A DNA stretch of 34,719 bases from UHGV virus genome UHGV-0210061. One strand, written 5' to 3'. Positions 17,246 through 25,896 of the stretch are shown here, one piece after another (within the stretch, counting starts at the first letter, position 1; every line of letters starts with the position of its first letter). A program made the translations under genes and the position numbers. The stretch comes from a virus. The notes under the pieces were generated by a model. It made no database searches. It was not told the DNA's origin and saw nothing but the letters and a program-made list of their open reading frames with translations.

Positions 17246-17842
17246 TCACCTGTAGCTGTTATTTCCATCATGGAAAACCATGCCGTTATAAAAAAGACTG
17301 TCATCCGGCTCGTATTCTTCCGGGTAAATACTGATTATGTCGCCACCATATAGCGCTGCCCCAGTGTAGATAAATCCCGTGACATGTGTAGCAATGCTCA
17401 TCTGCGAAATATGGCGGCTGACTGGTTTTGCGTCATTAATAAGGCGGTTCAACTCATCAAGAGTGCGACTCGTTAAACCAACCTCATTAACATTCACTTC
17501 GATCTGGAACGTCCCCGGCTCGTTACCGATCTCAAACCACTCGGCTAAAGTCGCCGAAAAACCCATATCCTCAATGACGCGCCGTACTGCACCGGACGTC
17601 CCCTTCCGGCGATGAAGCCAGTAGGAACGCTGGATTGACGCTATTTTTTTCTCTGCCGGCCAGCTCTTATCCCATCGGTCAACCGACAGCGCCCACGCCA
17701 GATACGGCAATAAATCAACCGGGCATGCCGTCGGCGTCCACAGCGTGCGAATGGCTACCGTGATTCCGGACAGCTTCGCCGTGGCAGCTTCGGCGCAACG
17801 CATCCACGCGCTGGCAGAGGGAGGAAGAAGCGTGTTATTCAT
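17246..17842 (-). CDS. I: baseplate protein I
   Basis: From ATG 17842 (MNNTLLPPSASAW…) it parallels P2 gpI (…LWNPDTCPANLLPWLAWAFSVDRWDEKWPE… vs LWTPTACPVDLLPYLAWALSVDRWDKSWPAE). Overlaps the J stop. Confidence 0.8.
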   Translation of the reverse strand: MNNTLLPPSASAWMRCAEAATAKLSGITVAIRTLWTPTACPVDLLPYLAWALSVDRWDKSWPAEKKIASIQRSYWLHRRKGTSGAVRRVIEDMGFSATLAEWFEIGNEPGTFQIEVNVNEVGLTSRTLDELNRLINDAKPVSRHISQMSIATHVTGFIYTGAALYGGDIISIYPEEYEPDDSLFYNGMVFHDGNNSYR

Positions 17843-18734
17843 CCGTTCCGCCGTTTTCCAGGTTGTAGCCGATATTCCTGGCCGCCTGGATATCGCTGAG
17901 CCTGATATCGTCCGGCGGGGCATTCAGCACGACACGCTGTACGCCCTGGACATGGAGCGCCGCTGAAATGGCGGAGCGCGCCACGTCTCTGCTGATTTTT
18001 TTATCGTTCTGTTTCAGGAACTTTTGCAACGATGCATCAGCAGCATTGATGATCGGCTCTGACTCCGGCCCCGGATACAGGTACAGCGTGGCGTCAATCT
18101 CGTAATCGACAATCTCAGCGCTGCGCACCGTCACACGATCACCCAATGGGCGAACCTCTTCATCGTTTACCGCTTCGGCAACAGCGGCCAGCAGTTCTGG
18201 CGACGCGGTACCGTCGCCCTCGGTGGACAGCACCGCAATAATCACTTCGGCCGGTGCCGGGCTGGAAGCCCTGGCATCGGCAACTTTTCCGCTGGCGCTG
18301 CGGGCAAAGTATTCATAGGCCGCCGATGGCCCGGCGACACTCATTCCCTCAAAAGCAGCCTGCGCCCGCAGGCGTAGCGCCTCGTCACTTTCCATTTCGG
18401 CATCAGTTGTCTCGGTTGCTTCGGTCTTGATCAGGCGTTCGGTATCGAGGTTCGCCGCGATATTATCCAGATCGTCACCGGTCGAATGACTCAGCATGCA
18501 GGCGGCCGCCCCTTCGTTAATACGCTGGCGCAGTAACATCTCGCGATATGCCAGTGCCTGGGCGAGTACATTTAATGGTTCAGACTCCAGCGCCAGGGCA
18601 GCAATAACGGCGGCCTGCTGATCTGCCGGATAAGCGGCTACCATCACCGCTTTCACCTCGATCAGAATTTCTTCAAAATCCAGTTCCTCGATAATGGTCG
18701 GCTGCGGCAGCTGCGAGAGATCAATTGTCGGCAT
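17835..18734 (-). CDS. J: baseplate protein J
   Basis: 299 aa versus P2 J 302 aa. Synteny W-J-I. Confidence 0.85.
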   Translation of the reverse strand: MPTIDLSQLPQPTIIEELDFEEILIEVKAVMVAAYPADQQAAVIAALALESEPLNVLAQALAYREMLLRQRINEGAAACMLSHSTGDDLDNIAANLDTERLIKTEATETTDAEMESDEALRLRAQAAFEGMSVAGPSAAYEYFARSASGKVADARASSPAPAEVIIAVLSTEGDGTASPELLAAVAEAVNDEEVRPLGDRVTVRSAEIVDYEIDATLYLYPGPESEPIINAADASLQKFLKQNDKKISRDVARSAISAALHVQGVQRVVLNAPPDDIRLSDIQAARNIGYNLENGGTDE

Positions 18735-19089
18735 TTTTGGCGCTCCTTAACGTTACCGATCTGGTGCTCTTTTCCATGCTTTCAGTCAGCATTCCGGATA
18801 GCTCCGCCGTTACTGCGCCCGAAGCAGAATAGTGAATATTGATAGCGTCAAGCGCGATCCGCGGCTCCCATGCAGCCAGCGCGATAACGGCGGCGCTCAT
18901 CAGTTGCAGTCGCGTGACGTCATTCTGCGGGCTGTCGATCAAATCCGGGCAAAGCGAGCCGTAATTGCGGCGCATAATGCGCGTATTAACTGGCGTCAGC
19001 AGAATATCGCCCACGGACTGCCACACATGATCTTCATCCGTCAGCGTTCCGGTGCCGTTCGCATTCATACCGCGATAGCGCTCACTCAT
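18721..19089 (-). CDS. W: baseplate protein W (gp25-like)
   Basis: MSERYRGMNANGTG…ILLTPVNTRIMRRNYGS parallels P2 W (MTARYLGMNRSDG…ILRTPVGSRVMRRDYGS). Confidence 0.8.
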   Translation of the reverse strand: MSERYRGMNANGTGTLTDEDHVWQSVGDILLTPVNTRIMRRNYGSLCPDLIDSPQNDVTRLQLMSAAVIALAAWEPRIALDAINIHYSASGAVTAELSGMLTESMEKSTRSVTLRSAKNADN

Positions 19090-19670
19090 CGGATGCCCTC
19101 CGTCCAGTCATCACCACGTTCAACTTTGCCGTGATTGTGGTTATCCACCTGCACGCCGTTAGAGATAAACGCCCCGCCGGCATGATTAAAATCACCGCGC
19201 ATTTCCCCGCCTTCGGTGATATCAAGATTTTTCGCGCGCAACAGGTTGGTGCAGTTCACCTCTGGCGTATCCAAAGTGACGATAACCGACGCCTCGATCA
19301 CCGCCGATTTAATACCCGTCACCTGTAAGGCGCCCGCCTCGGCGTCATAACGAAAACGCGCACCATCAGGAGCCGTGACTACCATTTCATTACGTGTCGC
19401 GCCCGGCGCCGGATTGTCGTTGCTGTACAGGCTGCCGCCAATGATGGCGGTATCCGTGTTACCTCCGAGACACAAGAGCCAGACCTGCTCGCCAATGGAT
19501 GGCGGCACCCAGACCTTAAATGCCCCGGCCCGTTGCGCGTTCCAGCGTAGCCAGGTGGTTTCCAGTCCGCCGCTTTGTACCCGGACGAGCCAGTTTTCCT
19601 CGTCAATCTCCGTCACCGTACCGGTGCGGCCGATGTTCTCCAGCAGGCGGATCAGTTCGGCAATATCCAT
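19086..19670 (-). CDS. V: baseplate spike protein V
   Basis: 194 aa; shares the VTLDTPEV..CTN motif with P2 V. Overlapping stop/start with S and W. Confidence 0.8.
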   Translation of the reverse strand: MDIAELIRLLENIGRTGTVTEIDEENWLVRVQSGGLETTWLRWNAQRAGAFKVWVPPSIGEQVWLLCLGGNTDTAIIGGSLYSNDNPAPGATRNEMVVTAPDGARFRYDAEAGALQVTGIKSAVIEASVIVTLDTPEVNCTNLLRAKNLDITEGGEMRGDFNHAGGAFISNGVQVDNHNHGKVERGDDWTEGIR

Positions 19671-20311
19671 CAGCGCACTCCCAGCGAATCAATCACCTTC
19701 CGGGCAATCATCATTCGATCCGTCTTACTCAGGCCCAGCAGTTCACGACGGGGATAGCTCGCCATCGCGCCGCTATCATTCACCCTGTCACGCAACCCAT
19801 ACTGGTGAACGCGTGCAATACGGGCCGCCACGCCAGTAAATCCCACGCTTGCCCCTTCAGAGGTCGCGCGGGCTTTCAGAAAGCGCGCGGTGCGCAGGCG
19901 GCGGAACATGGGATCGGCTTTCGTCGTATCGCGGCGAGTCTCGTTGAAGCTGATATCGAGATAACGCTCGATATCAGCACGGTAAAACGACCGCACCGCG
20001 CCTCGCCCTTCATCAAATCCGGTCAACATGCGGCCACGACTACCACGCGTCGCCCGCCAGTTACGCAGGCGGCGCTCTTCCCCCTGCCAGATAAACCCGA
20101 TCCCGGCCTGCGAACGCAGTACCCGGCGGTGTCGTTTCTGGTACGGTGTGCCGTCTGGCGCAACCTGCTTACCGATCCGCTGGCTCTGAGTACGGCGCAG
20201 CGTGGTGGCAATGCCTCTTGCCGTGCGCAGGCGACGTGCTGGCGTCATAGCGGAAAGGATTTCCGCGAATACTTGATCAAGCTGTTGAAACAGCGCCGCA
20301 TCGTTGCTCAC
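19670..20311 (-). CDS. S: tail completion / virion morphogenesis protein S
   Basis: GTG start overlapping the R stop. N-terminal region resembles P2 S; 213 aa versus P2 150 aa. Confidence 0.7.
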   Translation of the reverse strand: MSNDAALFQQLDQVFAEILSAMTPARRLRTARGIATTLRRTQSQRIGKQVAPDGTPYQKRHRRVLRSQAGIGFIWQGEERRLRNWRATRGSRGRMLTGFDEGRGAVRSFYRADIERYLDISFNETRRDTTKADPMFRRLRTARFLKARATSEGASVGFTGVAARIARVHQYGLRDRVNDSGAMASYPRRELLGLSKTDRMMIARKVIDSLGVR

Positions 20312-20766
20312 GTCATCTCCCCCTCATAGCCCGGATCAAAGACCACTTCCCACTCACCGCCATTAATACGCGGGCGGTCTTCCGCCAGGTGCGTAGCAAC
20401 GGGTTTTCCGTTGACGTTCTCCACCATGACGCGCTCCCAGACCGGCACCTTAAACAGCACATCGGCCATGTCATCGCTGATAATGTCCGCGTCAAACTCA
20501 ACTTTGCGGTTATTGTCCGGATTGAGCAGTAAATCAGGCTGGTAATGCCATACCCACGCCATAATCGGCAGCATGAGATCATCCACCTGCCCCGGAAAGT
20601 CCACGGCCAGCACCTGTATGGTGTAGCGATACATAAACGAGGATTCGCCGGTCGCCAGCGTCTCAATGCTCCCCTTCTCCACCCAGACGGTGATCAGTTC
20701 AGGGTTGGCCTTACACCAGGTGTTTGCGGCGATCAGCGCCTCGCGTAACAATTCGGCTTTTTTCAT
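20308..20766 (-). CDS. R: tail completion protein R
   Basis: 152 aa versus P2 R 155 aa. Position after the lysis genes. Confidence 0.75.
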   Translation of the reverse strand: MKKAELLREALIAANTWCKANPELITVWVEKGSIETLATGESSFMYRYTIQVLAVDFPGQVDDLMLPIMAWVWHYQPDLLLNPDNNRKVEFDADIISDDMADVLFKVPVWERVMVENVNGKPVATHLAEDRPRINGGEWEVVFDPGYEGEMT

Positions 20767-21062
20767 TTCATCCCCCGGGCTATTCGCCGCAGTTCCAGCT
20801 CCCGAATGCCCGCCTTATCCGCGTTGCAAGTATCCAGCGCATCAAGTAGCGCATCAGACCAGATCACAAGATTCCCATAGCGCATCGGCCTGGGCGGCGG
20901 CGCTGGCGTTTCAGTTTTTGCCGTCAGGCTTTCTGGCAAAGGCTCCTGAATGATCACCGGCGGCGACTTCGGCGGCGCGCTGGTACAGGCTGTCAGCGAC
21001 AACGTCAGGCACAAGAGCAGCAGTGCAGGGATCGCCGGCCAGTTCAGTTTTGATATTTTCAC
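20763..21062 (-). CDS. lysC: o-spanin (Rz1/LysC-like outer-membrane lipoprotein), embedded in the +1 frame of lysB
   Basis: GTG start. Signal peptide plus lipobox LSLTAC. Pro-rich mature part. Overlaps the 3' end of lysB. Confidence 0.7.
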   Translation of the reverse strand: MKISKLNWPAIPALLLLCLTLSLTACTSAPPKSPPVIIQEPLPESLTAKTETPAPPPRPMRYGNLVIWSDALLDALDTCNADKAGIRELELRRIARGMK

Positions 21063-21306
21063 GACGTTTCTCCCCGGCTTCGTTACGCTTTTGCCCCAGC
21101 GCTTTCACACTGGCTTCAATCTCGCTGACGTCCTGGCGCAGCGCCCGCACTTCGGCCAGCACATCGCTGGTCTGGTTCAGTTTTTGGTTAGCGTCTGCCA
21201 GCGCTCTTTCTGCGGCTTCGCGCTTGTTGGTTTCCGTGGTTAACCGGATGCAGGCCACCGCCAGAAGGACACAGATCACCGTGATAACGGCAATCAACCC
21301 CTTCAT
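20911..21306 (-). CDS. lysB: i-spanin (Rz/LysB-like)
   Basis: N-terminal TM segment, coiled-coil rest, C-terminal Cys. ATGA overlap with K. Confidence 0.7.
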   Translation of the reverse strand: MKGLIAVITVICVLLAVACIRLTTETNKREAAERALADANQKLNQTSDVLAEVRALRQDVSEIEASVKALGQKRNEAGEKRRENIKTELAGDPCTAALVPDVVADSLYQRAAEVAAGDHSGAFARKPDGKN

Positions 21307-21854
21307 TTCGCCCCCTTAAACACAGGATCTGACAAGCACCACTCCCGGAACTCTTCCCGGCGGTTGACCAGTCCCTGCAAGCGCCTGCCGCCTGAGTTAA
21401 CAAAATCCGTTACCCGCTCGCAGACGCCGCGCCAGTCAGCCGATTGCGCATTACGCCAGATCGTCGTTCTAACCTTCTTCCCCTGCCTGTTGGTGTACCA
21501 GGCAAGCCCGCTACAACCGACATTAAATGCGCTATCGGTCAGCGCCTCGAAAACGCGCTGCGGTGCAGCTGCGCCGTTAAACTCGCGGTTAACGCACCGT
21601 TCCGCGCGCATCAGGTCATTCACCCAGCGCTCGGCAATCTCCTGCTCGGCATACTCCCGGTTCTGCACTTTCCCGGTCGAGCCGATCCCCACGGTTAGTA
21701 CGCCTGCCGGGCAGTAATACGGGGTCTTGCGACAATCCTCATATTTCGCCATCTTCAGTTGCGCCTCCGGGCTGGTACGTAGTGACTGCGGCCAGAGCGC
21801 GGCGGCCAGCGAGATAATCGCGGCGACAGAGCAGGCAATAACGCCCTTTTTCAT
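21303..21854 (-). CDS. K: endolysin (T4-lysozyme/GH24 type) with N-terminal SAR-like signal-anchor
   Basis: Catalytic E-x8-(D/C)-x5-T arrangement (AKYEDCRKTPYYCPAGVLTVGIGST). N-terminal weakly hydrophobic Gly/Ala/Ser-rich segment MKKGVIACSVAAIISLAAALW that P2 K lacks. Confidence 0.85.
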   Translation of the reverse strand: MKKGVIACSVAAIISLAAALWPQSLRTSPEAQLKMAKYEDCRKTPYYCPAGVLTVGIGSTGKVQNREYAEQEIAERWVNDLMRAERCVNREFNGAAAPQRVFEALTDSAFNVGCSGLAWYTNRQGKKVRTTIWRNAQSADWRGVCERVTDFVNSGGRRLQGLVNRREEFREWCLSDPVFKGAK

Positions 21855-22132
21855 CGTGGCGCCTCCCTGATAGTGCGGATCAGCTCTTTCACGTCCTGCC
21901 GGTTTTCCGTGTCGTCGCGAATGGCGTCGATCAAATCGTTCAGCAGCACGTTATTGGTTTCATGGATACGGGCCATACGGCGGCGATGCATTTCACCTAA
22001 CACCGCCACCACTACCCCTGTTACTGCCGCAATAGCCGTCAGCCAGTCCTTTTGCGTCATCATTCCGACGCTGCCGAGGAACACCGACCAGAGGTATGCG
22101 GCCCAATTCCAGGCGCGGTTTATTAACTCCAT
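21851..22132 (-). CDS. Y: holin (P2 Y-like)
   Basis: 93 aa (the same length as P2 Y). Two or three predicted TM segments, charged C-terminus. Position before K. Confidence 0.7.
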   Translation of the reverse strand: MELINRAWNWAAYLWSVFLGSVGMMTQKDWLTAIAAVTGVVVAVLGEMHRRRMARIHETNNVLLNDLIDAIRDDTENRQDVKELIRTIREAPR

Positions 22133-22323
22133 AGCTGCACCGTCTCCTTTGTCGCCGAGGCGCTTACCTCCGGCAGTTCCACCACCTGCCCGGCCTCCAT
22201 GAAGATCTGATCAGCCAGTGACTTGTTCGCAGCAAGCACAATCTCGGTGACACCCTGGGTGGTTCCGTAATAACGCTGGCAAAGCAAATCCACCGTATCG
22301 CCCTGTAAGGCCTTCACTTTCAT
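22123..22323 (-). CDS. X: tail protein X (LysM-like)
   Basis: MKVKALQGDTVDLLCQRYYG parallels P2 X (MKTFALQGDTLDAICVRYYG). 66 aa. Confidence 0.75.
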   Translation of the reverse strand: MKVKALQGDTVDLLCQRYYGTTQGVTEIVLAANKSLADQIFMEAGQVVELPEVSASATKETVQLWS

Positions 22324-22820
22324 CAGAATGCCTCCGCAGAATTGCGAACTTCGCCGCGAATATCGGAGATAGCCCAGCGCGCATCACGCCAGTGATCGTT
22401 TGCCTGGCTTGCCAGCGCAGCGGCTTTCTTCTCCCCGGCGTCGCCGGTCGTGTCCACATCACGGAACGTTTCGATCAGCAGGGCGCGGGCTATGCTGTAA
22501 ACCGCGCGGCGCCAGCGGTAAACCTTTGCGCTCTGCCCGTTAATTTCCATTGCTGGCACGGTATACAGTGATGCAAGTCCGGCGTTCTGCTGCTCGATCC
22601 GCCAGGTATCGAGCTGGTCAGCGGCATGGCCTACCGCCTCGATAACAACATGCTTCAGCCTCGAAGTTGTCACCGTGCCGGTAATGCGCATCTCCTTACG
22701 GGCATCGCTCAACACAATTTCGGGCCAGAACACACCGGCGGTGACTTTCTCGCCGCCGTCGTCCACATCCGGCACATCCTCTGCTGAGGGGGTTATTGTG
22801 CGGGGGGCTACAAGGCTCAT
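22323..22820 (-). CDS. L: head completion/stabilisation protein L
   Basis: 165 aa versus P2 L 169 aa. Position M-L-X. Confidence 0.8.
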   Translation of the reverse strand: MSLVAPRTITPSAEDVPDVDDGGEKVTAGVFWPEIVLSDARKEMRITGTVTTSRLKHVVIEAVGHAADQLDTWRIEQQNAGLASLYTVPAMEINGQSAKVYRWRRAVYSIARALLIETFRDVDTTGDAGEKKAAALASQANDHWRDARWAISDIRGEVRNSAEAF

Positions 22821-22863
22821 GGTGTAGTCTCCAGAAAAGGTGGCGGTGAGCGGACGGAGAAAA

Positions 22864-22880
22864 GAAAACGCAGTGCGTTG
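22864..22880 (-). terminator. terminator-like hairpin between M and L (possible attenuator)
   Basis: Minus-strand CAACGCA-c-TGCGTTG followed by TTTTCTTTTCTCC; lies in the ~100-nt M-L gap. Confidence 0.35.
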
Positions 22881-22922
22881 CAGATCTCCGACCGCGCCGC
22901 CAGCGCACGGGGCGCAAGTCGG

Positions 22923-23783
22923 TTATTTTTTGGCGGCAGGCGCTTTTTTCGTTGTGGTTTTGCGCGCCGCTGGTTTTTTGGCTGTGCTTTTACGGGCGGT
23001 TTTAGGTGCGGGCTTTCCGGCCGCCACCGCCGGAACCGGTGGTGCAGCAGCACTATCACTCGGCCCCTCTGCACCATCGTCGCCAGTAGACTCACCTTCG
23101 GTAATAGTCGCAGCAGCGGTTTTCTTCAGCTGACTGGCGAGTTTGTCGATCAGCTTTTTCACGCCTGCGCCAGGATCCATGATCAGTGCAGTGCGCAGCA
23201 GCCCTAGTGCAGTTTCCTGCTCGGCAGGCGTGCCGTTGCGCAGGGCAAAAGCGCGTGCTTTGTGGAGTTTGGCGCGCACCATGTCTGGCATATCGCTGGC
23301 GGCGGTAAACTCGGCTACTTCATCGAGCACCGCCAGATATGGCGATACGTCGGTGCTGTCGTCGGCCTTAACCTGCACCAGGATCGGATCACAAATTTCA
23401 TCGACCAGAGCCGTCGCCGCCGTGCGGTTAAAGCGGTCTGGCATCGCCAGGTTATGCTCGATGACGTAACGCCCGATTCGCGCCGCCAGTGGATAATCAC
23501 GAACATCTATCGCCCAAATCATCAGGCGCGTGATCACTTCATCCTGGCGGCCGCTATTACCTTCGAGCGTTCCCTCAATCCACCCCTCGTAGTTGGGTAG
23601 CATCTGGCGCTTAAGCGCGGCTTTCGCCTGCTCGCCCTGAATTTTTTTAAGCGCGGCCATATCCATGCGCATGCGGTGCAGGATCTGCTCATGCGCAGTG
23701 CGCGCCGTATCGGACAAATCCTCAGCCTTGCCATGACGTTCAGCCATGACGCGTTGAAAATGTCGTTGTGCCGGTGTCAGCAT
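22923..23783 (-). CDS. M: terminase endonuclease (small) subunit M with Lys/Ala/Pro-rich C-terminal tail
   Basis: From ATG 23783 (MLTPAQRHFQRV…) it parallels P2 M (MTSPAQRHMMRV…), including conserved AGVKK. C-terminus KPAPKTARKSTAKKPAARKTTTKKAPAAKK. Confidence 0.8.
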   Translation of the reverse strand: MLTPAQRHFQRVMAERHGKAEDLSDTARTAHEQILHRMRMDMAALKKIQGEQAKAALKRQMLPNYEGWIEGTLEGNSGRQDEVITRLMIWAIDVRDYPLAARIGRYVIEHNLAMPDRFNRTAATALVDEICDPILVQVKADDSTDVSPYLAVLDEVAEFTAASDMPDMVRAKLHKARAFALRNGTPAEQETALGLLRTALIMDPGAGVKKLIDKLASQLKKTAAATITEGESTGDDGAEGPSDSAAAPPVPAVAAGKPAPKTARKSTAKKPAARKTTTKKAPAAKK

Positions 23784-23829
23784 TGTTTCTTCCCCGATGA
23801 ACGGCGGGCCTAAGCCCGCCAGTGTGCGG

Positions 23830-24879
23830 TTACGCGCCACCTTCCGGCGCCTCGGCAAAGGTGATGCCGTCGATAAATGCGACGTTGCCGTAATCCTCGA
23901 TCACAAAGTCATCGTTTGAGGACTGGTAGGTCGCGACGCGGTTGTACTCCGGCTCTTCCTTGATCGTCCGGCGCAGCCCACCGCGCTGGTAGTACACCGA
24001 CAGGTTTTTAAACGGCGTGATCAATACGCCATTGACCGGGAAGTAAGGCGCGATGAAGGTCGGCATGTTGCCAACGCGTTCCTGCGCAACAATCAGCTGA
24101 CCGGCCAGCATTTCGGTGTTCGGGTTGGTCTGGCTCATGGCGTTAATGGCCGGGAAATTACCGGTAGTCAGCAGGTCGCCTGCCAGGATCACCACGTTAT
24201 CCGGATTGCGCTTGTGCCATTCATCCATAAGGCTGTTTTTCGCGTCATAGACCGCGGCGCCGAGGTTACCGTAAGTCCCTTTCGCAATGACTTTGTTATC
24301 TTCATCGCGTGAGGTGATGGTGACGCCGGAAATGACGCGGTGAGAGGCTTCAGTGCGGATTTTCTCCAGCCAGCCAATGCCGCAATCCTGCAACAGCGGA
24401 TTAGCGGCACGATCTGACGGGTCGCTGTATTTGGTACCGTTAAAGCCAATCATGATGCGATCCAGCGACATCTGACGCGCCATCGCCTTACTAATCAACG
24501 GCTGGAAGTCCGGCATGTGCGCCCAGGTATCAAGCTGTTCGTAGCTGATCCCGTAGTCGTAATTGACCTTACGGCACATATAATCAAACGGCTCCATCGC
24601 ATAATTTGCGCCCGGATTACGGCGGGTAGTGGTGCTGTTGTTGACGCCAGCCATCGGGCCTTTGCTACCAATCAACACTTTCTGACCGATCTGCTGATTA
24701 ACGCCAAACACGTTAATTTTGCTCAGGAAAGAATCGCTCTCCTGCGCTGCCTGCTCCAGCTTTTGCTGACGGGTTGGATCAACCGCAAATTTCGCAGCAA
24801 CTGCCGCAGGCGATACGCCGTTTAACTGCGCCTGGCGCAAAATGTACTGGTCAAACAGCTGGCGGGTATTGTTTTCCAT
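23830..24879 (-). CDS. N: major capsid protein N
   Basis: 349 aa. Multiple blocks parallel P2 N (…IMIGFNGTKYSDPSDRAANPLLQDCGIGWL… vs …IMAGFNGVKRAETSDRSSNPMLQDVAVGWL…). Confidence 0.9.
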   Translation of the reverse strand: MENNTRQLFDQYILRQAQLNGVSPAAVAAKFAVDPTRQQKLEQAAQESDSFLSKINVFGVNQQIGQKVLIGSKGPMAGVNNSTTTRRNPGANYAMEPFDYMCRKVNYDYGISYEQLDTWAHMPDFQPLISKAMARQMSLDRIMIGFNGTKYSDPSDRAANPLLQDCGIGWLEKIRTEASHRVISGVTITSRDEDNKVIAKGTYGNLGAAVYDAKNSLMDEWHKRNPDNVVILAGDLLTTGNFPAINAMSQTNPNTEMLAGQLIVAQERVGNMPTFIAPYFPVNGVLITPFKNLSVYYQRGGLRRTIKEEPEYNRVATYQSSNDDFVIEDYGNVAFIDGITFAEAPEGGA

Positions 24880-24902
24880 GTTCTCTGCTCTCGTTGTGAA
24901 TA

Positions 24903-25736
24903 TCAGTAGTCAGCCAGCTGCGCGTTCGCGCCGCCGCCCGCCGGTGGTCGCTGGCTAAAGCTGGCATCGGTGGTACTCAGCTTTTGCCGCAGTTCGGCCA
25001 GCTCACTGGTGAGTTTCTCAATGGCGGCCTTGTCCTGCTGTCGCTCCTGCTCGGCAGTGTTAAAGCGATCAATCTGCTCTGACTGCGATTGCGCCACGGC
25101 CTCAACGACCTGGTGCATCTGGCTGAAGCGCTGATCGTCGGTTTTCTGGCCCTTGCCGATGATGCCCATCACCCGGTTAAACCACTTAACCCCTTCATCA
25201 CTGCGCTGGGCGGCCAGCTCGATCACCTCTGCTTCCAGGGCTTCGGTAAACATTGGCGCTTCGCCCTGCTGGTTGTTAAAGGCCATCACCGATGCACGTT
25301 GCTGCGCGGCAAACTTCAGGCGATCGGTACCCAGGCTCGCCGGGGTATCGGTCATCGCCAGCCCCACCACATAGGCTTTTCCGTTGAGGGCAAACTGAGG
25401 GTGCAGCTCAATGCTTGAATAGACTTTCTGGCCTTTGTCGGTCATCTGCACCATGCGATCTGATGGCTCGATCTCGGCATAAAGGGCGGTTCGCCCTGCT
25501 AACGGGCCGTCGGTAATGTCTTCGGTGCTGAGTGCCACCACATCCCCCATCGCGCCAAAATCGCTGTTCGGGAACATAGAGAGATAGTGCTCAATATTGA
25601 CGCGTGCGCCGTACACCTCCGGGTTGTAATTCGCTGCCGCATCGCGAAGGTGCTGCGGTTGAATTTCGCGGCCATCAACGGTATTTCCGGAGACGGCAAC
25701 ACGGAATTTCTTACGTGGTTTTGCTGTGCCTGCCAT
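24903..25736 (-). CDS. O: capsid scaffolding protein O
   Basis: 277 aa versus P2 O 284 aa. Divergent from P across a late-promoter region. Confidence 0.8.
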   Translation of the reverse strand: MAGTAKPRKKFRVAVSGNTVDGREIQPQHLRDAAANYNPEVYGARVNIEHYLSMFPNSDFGAMGDVVALSTEDITDGPLAGRTALYAEIEPSDRMVQMTDKGQKVYSSIELHPQFALNGKAYVVGLAMTDTPASLGTDRLKFAAQQRASVMAFNNQQGEAPMFTEALEAEVIELAAQRSDEGVKWFNRVMGIIGKGQKTDDQRFSQMHQVVEAVAQSQSEQIDRFNTAEQERQQDKAAIEKLTSELAELRQKLSTTDASFSQRPPAGGGANAQLADY

Positions 25737-25812
25737 GTTCGTTTACTCGCTCGGTTTCTGAGTTCCCGGAGATGATGGCAGGGGGCGGCGTACGCTCTCA
25801 ACGCGTTGTTGT

Positions 25813-25830
25813 TGTGAGGGAATCACCACA
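25813..25830. promoter_or_regulatory. Ogr-type late promoter dyad TGT-N12-ACA (extended GTTGTG...CACAAC) in the O/P divergent region
   Basis: TGTgagggaatcaccACA. Centre is ~55 nt from plausible transcript starts for both P (ATG 25897) and O (ATG 25736), as in the P2 PP/PO arrangement. Confidence 0.65.
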
Positions 25831-25896
25831 ACCAAAAGCGAGCGAAAGGGTACGCGCGCGCGGGTTAATCTCCCCGGCAGGAAGCGAGGAGGACAA

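Noticed and set aside
19670-19800. Searched upstream of V, and within R/S, for a third Ogr dyad (P2 PV)
   Set aside because: No TGT-N12-ACA with correct spacing found by eye; V-W-J-I may be served by read-through or a diverged site; cannot conclude without a scan.
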